64,000 nucleotides of DNA, taken from positions 2,790,001 to 2,854,000 of the forward strand of contig JBLDXI010000019.1 in the NCBI GenBank assembly GCA_047495785.1, read 5' to 3'. This DNA comes from Lepidodermella squamata (Eukaryota > Animalia > Gastrotricha). Both the position numbers and the translations under genes were made by a program. Below are positions 63,161-64,000 of the stretch, in pieces (the stretch's first letter is position 1; each line of letters opens with the position of its first letter). The notes under the pieces are model-generated. The model had not been told where the DNA came from. It saw only the letters and a program-made list of their open reading frames with translations, and searched no databases.

Positions 63161-64000
63161 TTGTTTATCCAACAAAAATAACGAGAGTAGCCTTGGTTTA
63201 CGCTAACGATATGGCAGGTAACTTCCTTAGAATATTCTGTTTTTACACACGAATTTGTTTTGCTGTTTCAAAAAGAAACGCGTTGTGTGGGTTGGAAGTT
63301 CGACTAACGTAATTTCAGCAAAATACTGCAATTCGTTCGATCCGACTGACATGGTGTCGGGCGGCATAAGCACGTCGTATTGGTGCTTGACGCCAACCTA
63401 TGGTCCTCGATATATGTGTTCATCTACCGAGCTTTGGCAATCTATCCTAACTGTACGAGTGTAGGAAATTATCGTGTTTCGACCAGGAAAAACATTCACT
63501 TAGAAGCTATCTTATCTTAGGTGTTCGAAGAGTCAAAAAACGGGAAACTCAATGATTTATGCAAACCCCGTTGCATAATGAATACATGTACGATACTCAT
63601 TGGAGTATAAATAGCTGTAACGATAATCTGAATAAATTCTGAGAACCTTGGTTCAAGATGGTTTCCAAGTTCAAAGCTGGATACTGAACAAATGTTTTAT
63701 AGGGTCAACATGGAAGGTAGGGCCAGACAAGAGTCATGGACGGTTTTTTAGCGATCTCCGTCAAGGTAAATGTGCGATTCCCAGCGTCGATACGAACAAA
63801 TACGAACAAAGCTTCAAAAAATTCTGGATTCAAAGTTGGAAATTTGGCTAAAGGCAAAGGTCTGGATTTCTGAAGCCTGCCAACTCAACTGTTTTCGGCT
63901 TGTGTTAAATTCAACCAATGGAAAATAATACAACCATGCGGCAGAAGTCGCCCATGCATGCCATATGCGTTGCACCGAACTTATGCTCGAGCAGCGATCA

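Overview
Eukaryotic (invertebrate animal) nuclear DNA with GT-AG introns, many only about 50 nt long. I saw no prokaryotic operons, CRISPR arrays or rRNA. A Pif-like chitin-binding/LamG gene points tentatively to a spiralian. Contents in order: a foldback MITE, a Crypton-like relic and LINE fragments (one split by a DNA transposon with an 8-bp TSD); a GABA-B-like class C GPCR with an in-frame TAG; two intronless secreted NlpC/P60/Amidase_6-like genes (HGT candidates); a CYP2-clan pseudogene; a ~1750-aa secreted PAN/discoidin/LamG/fucolectin mosaic gene; a detox block with two intact CYP2-clan P450s bracketing six tandem GSTs that carry unusual Cys-rich or amphipathic C-terminal tails; a secreted gene with five copies of an unnamed domain and four Sushi domains; three Tyr/Pro/Gln-rich orphan genes around the chitin-binding/LamG gene; and two paralogous type I membrane mucins. 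All family calls come from motif recognition and manual splicing; no database search was run.
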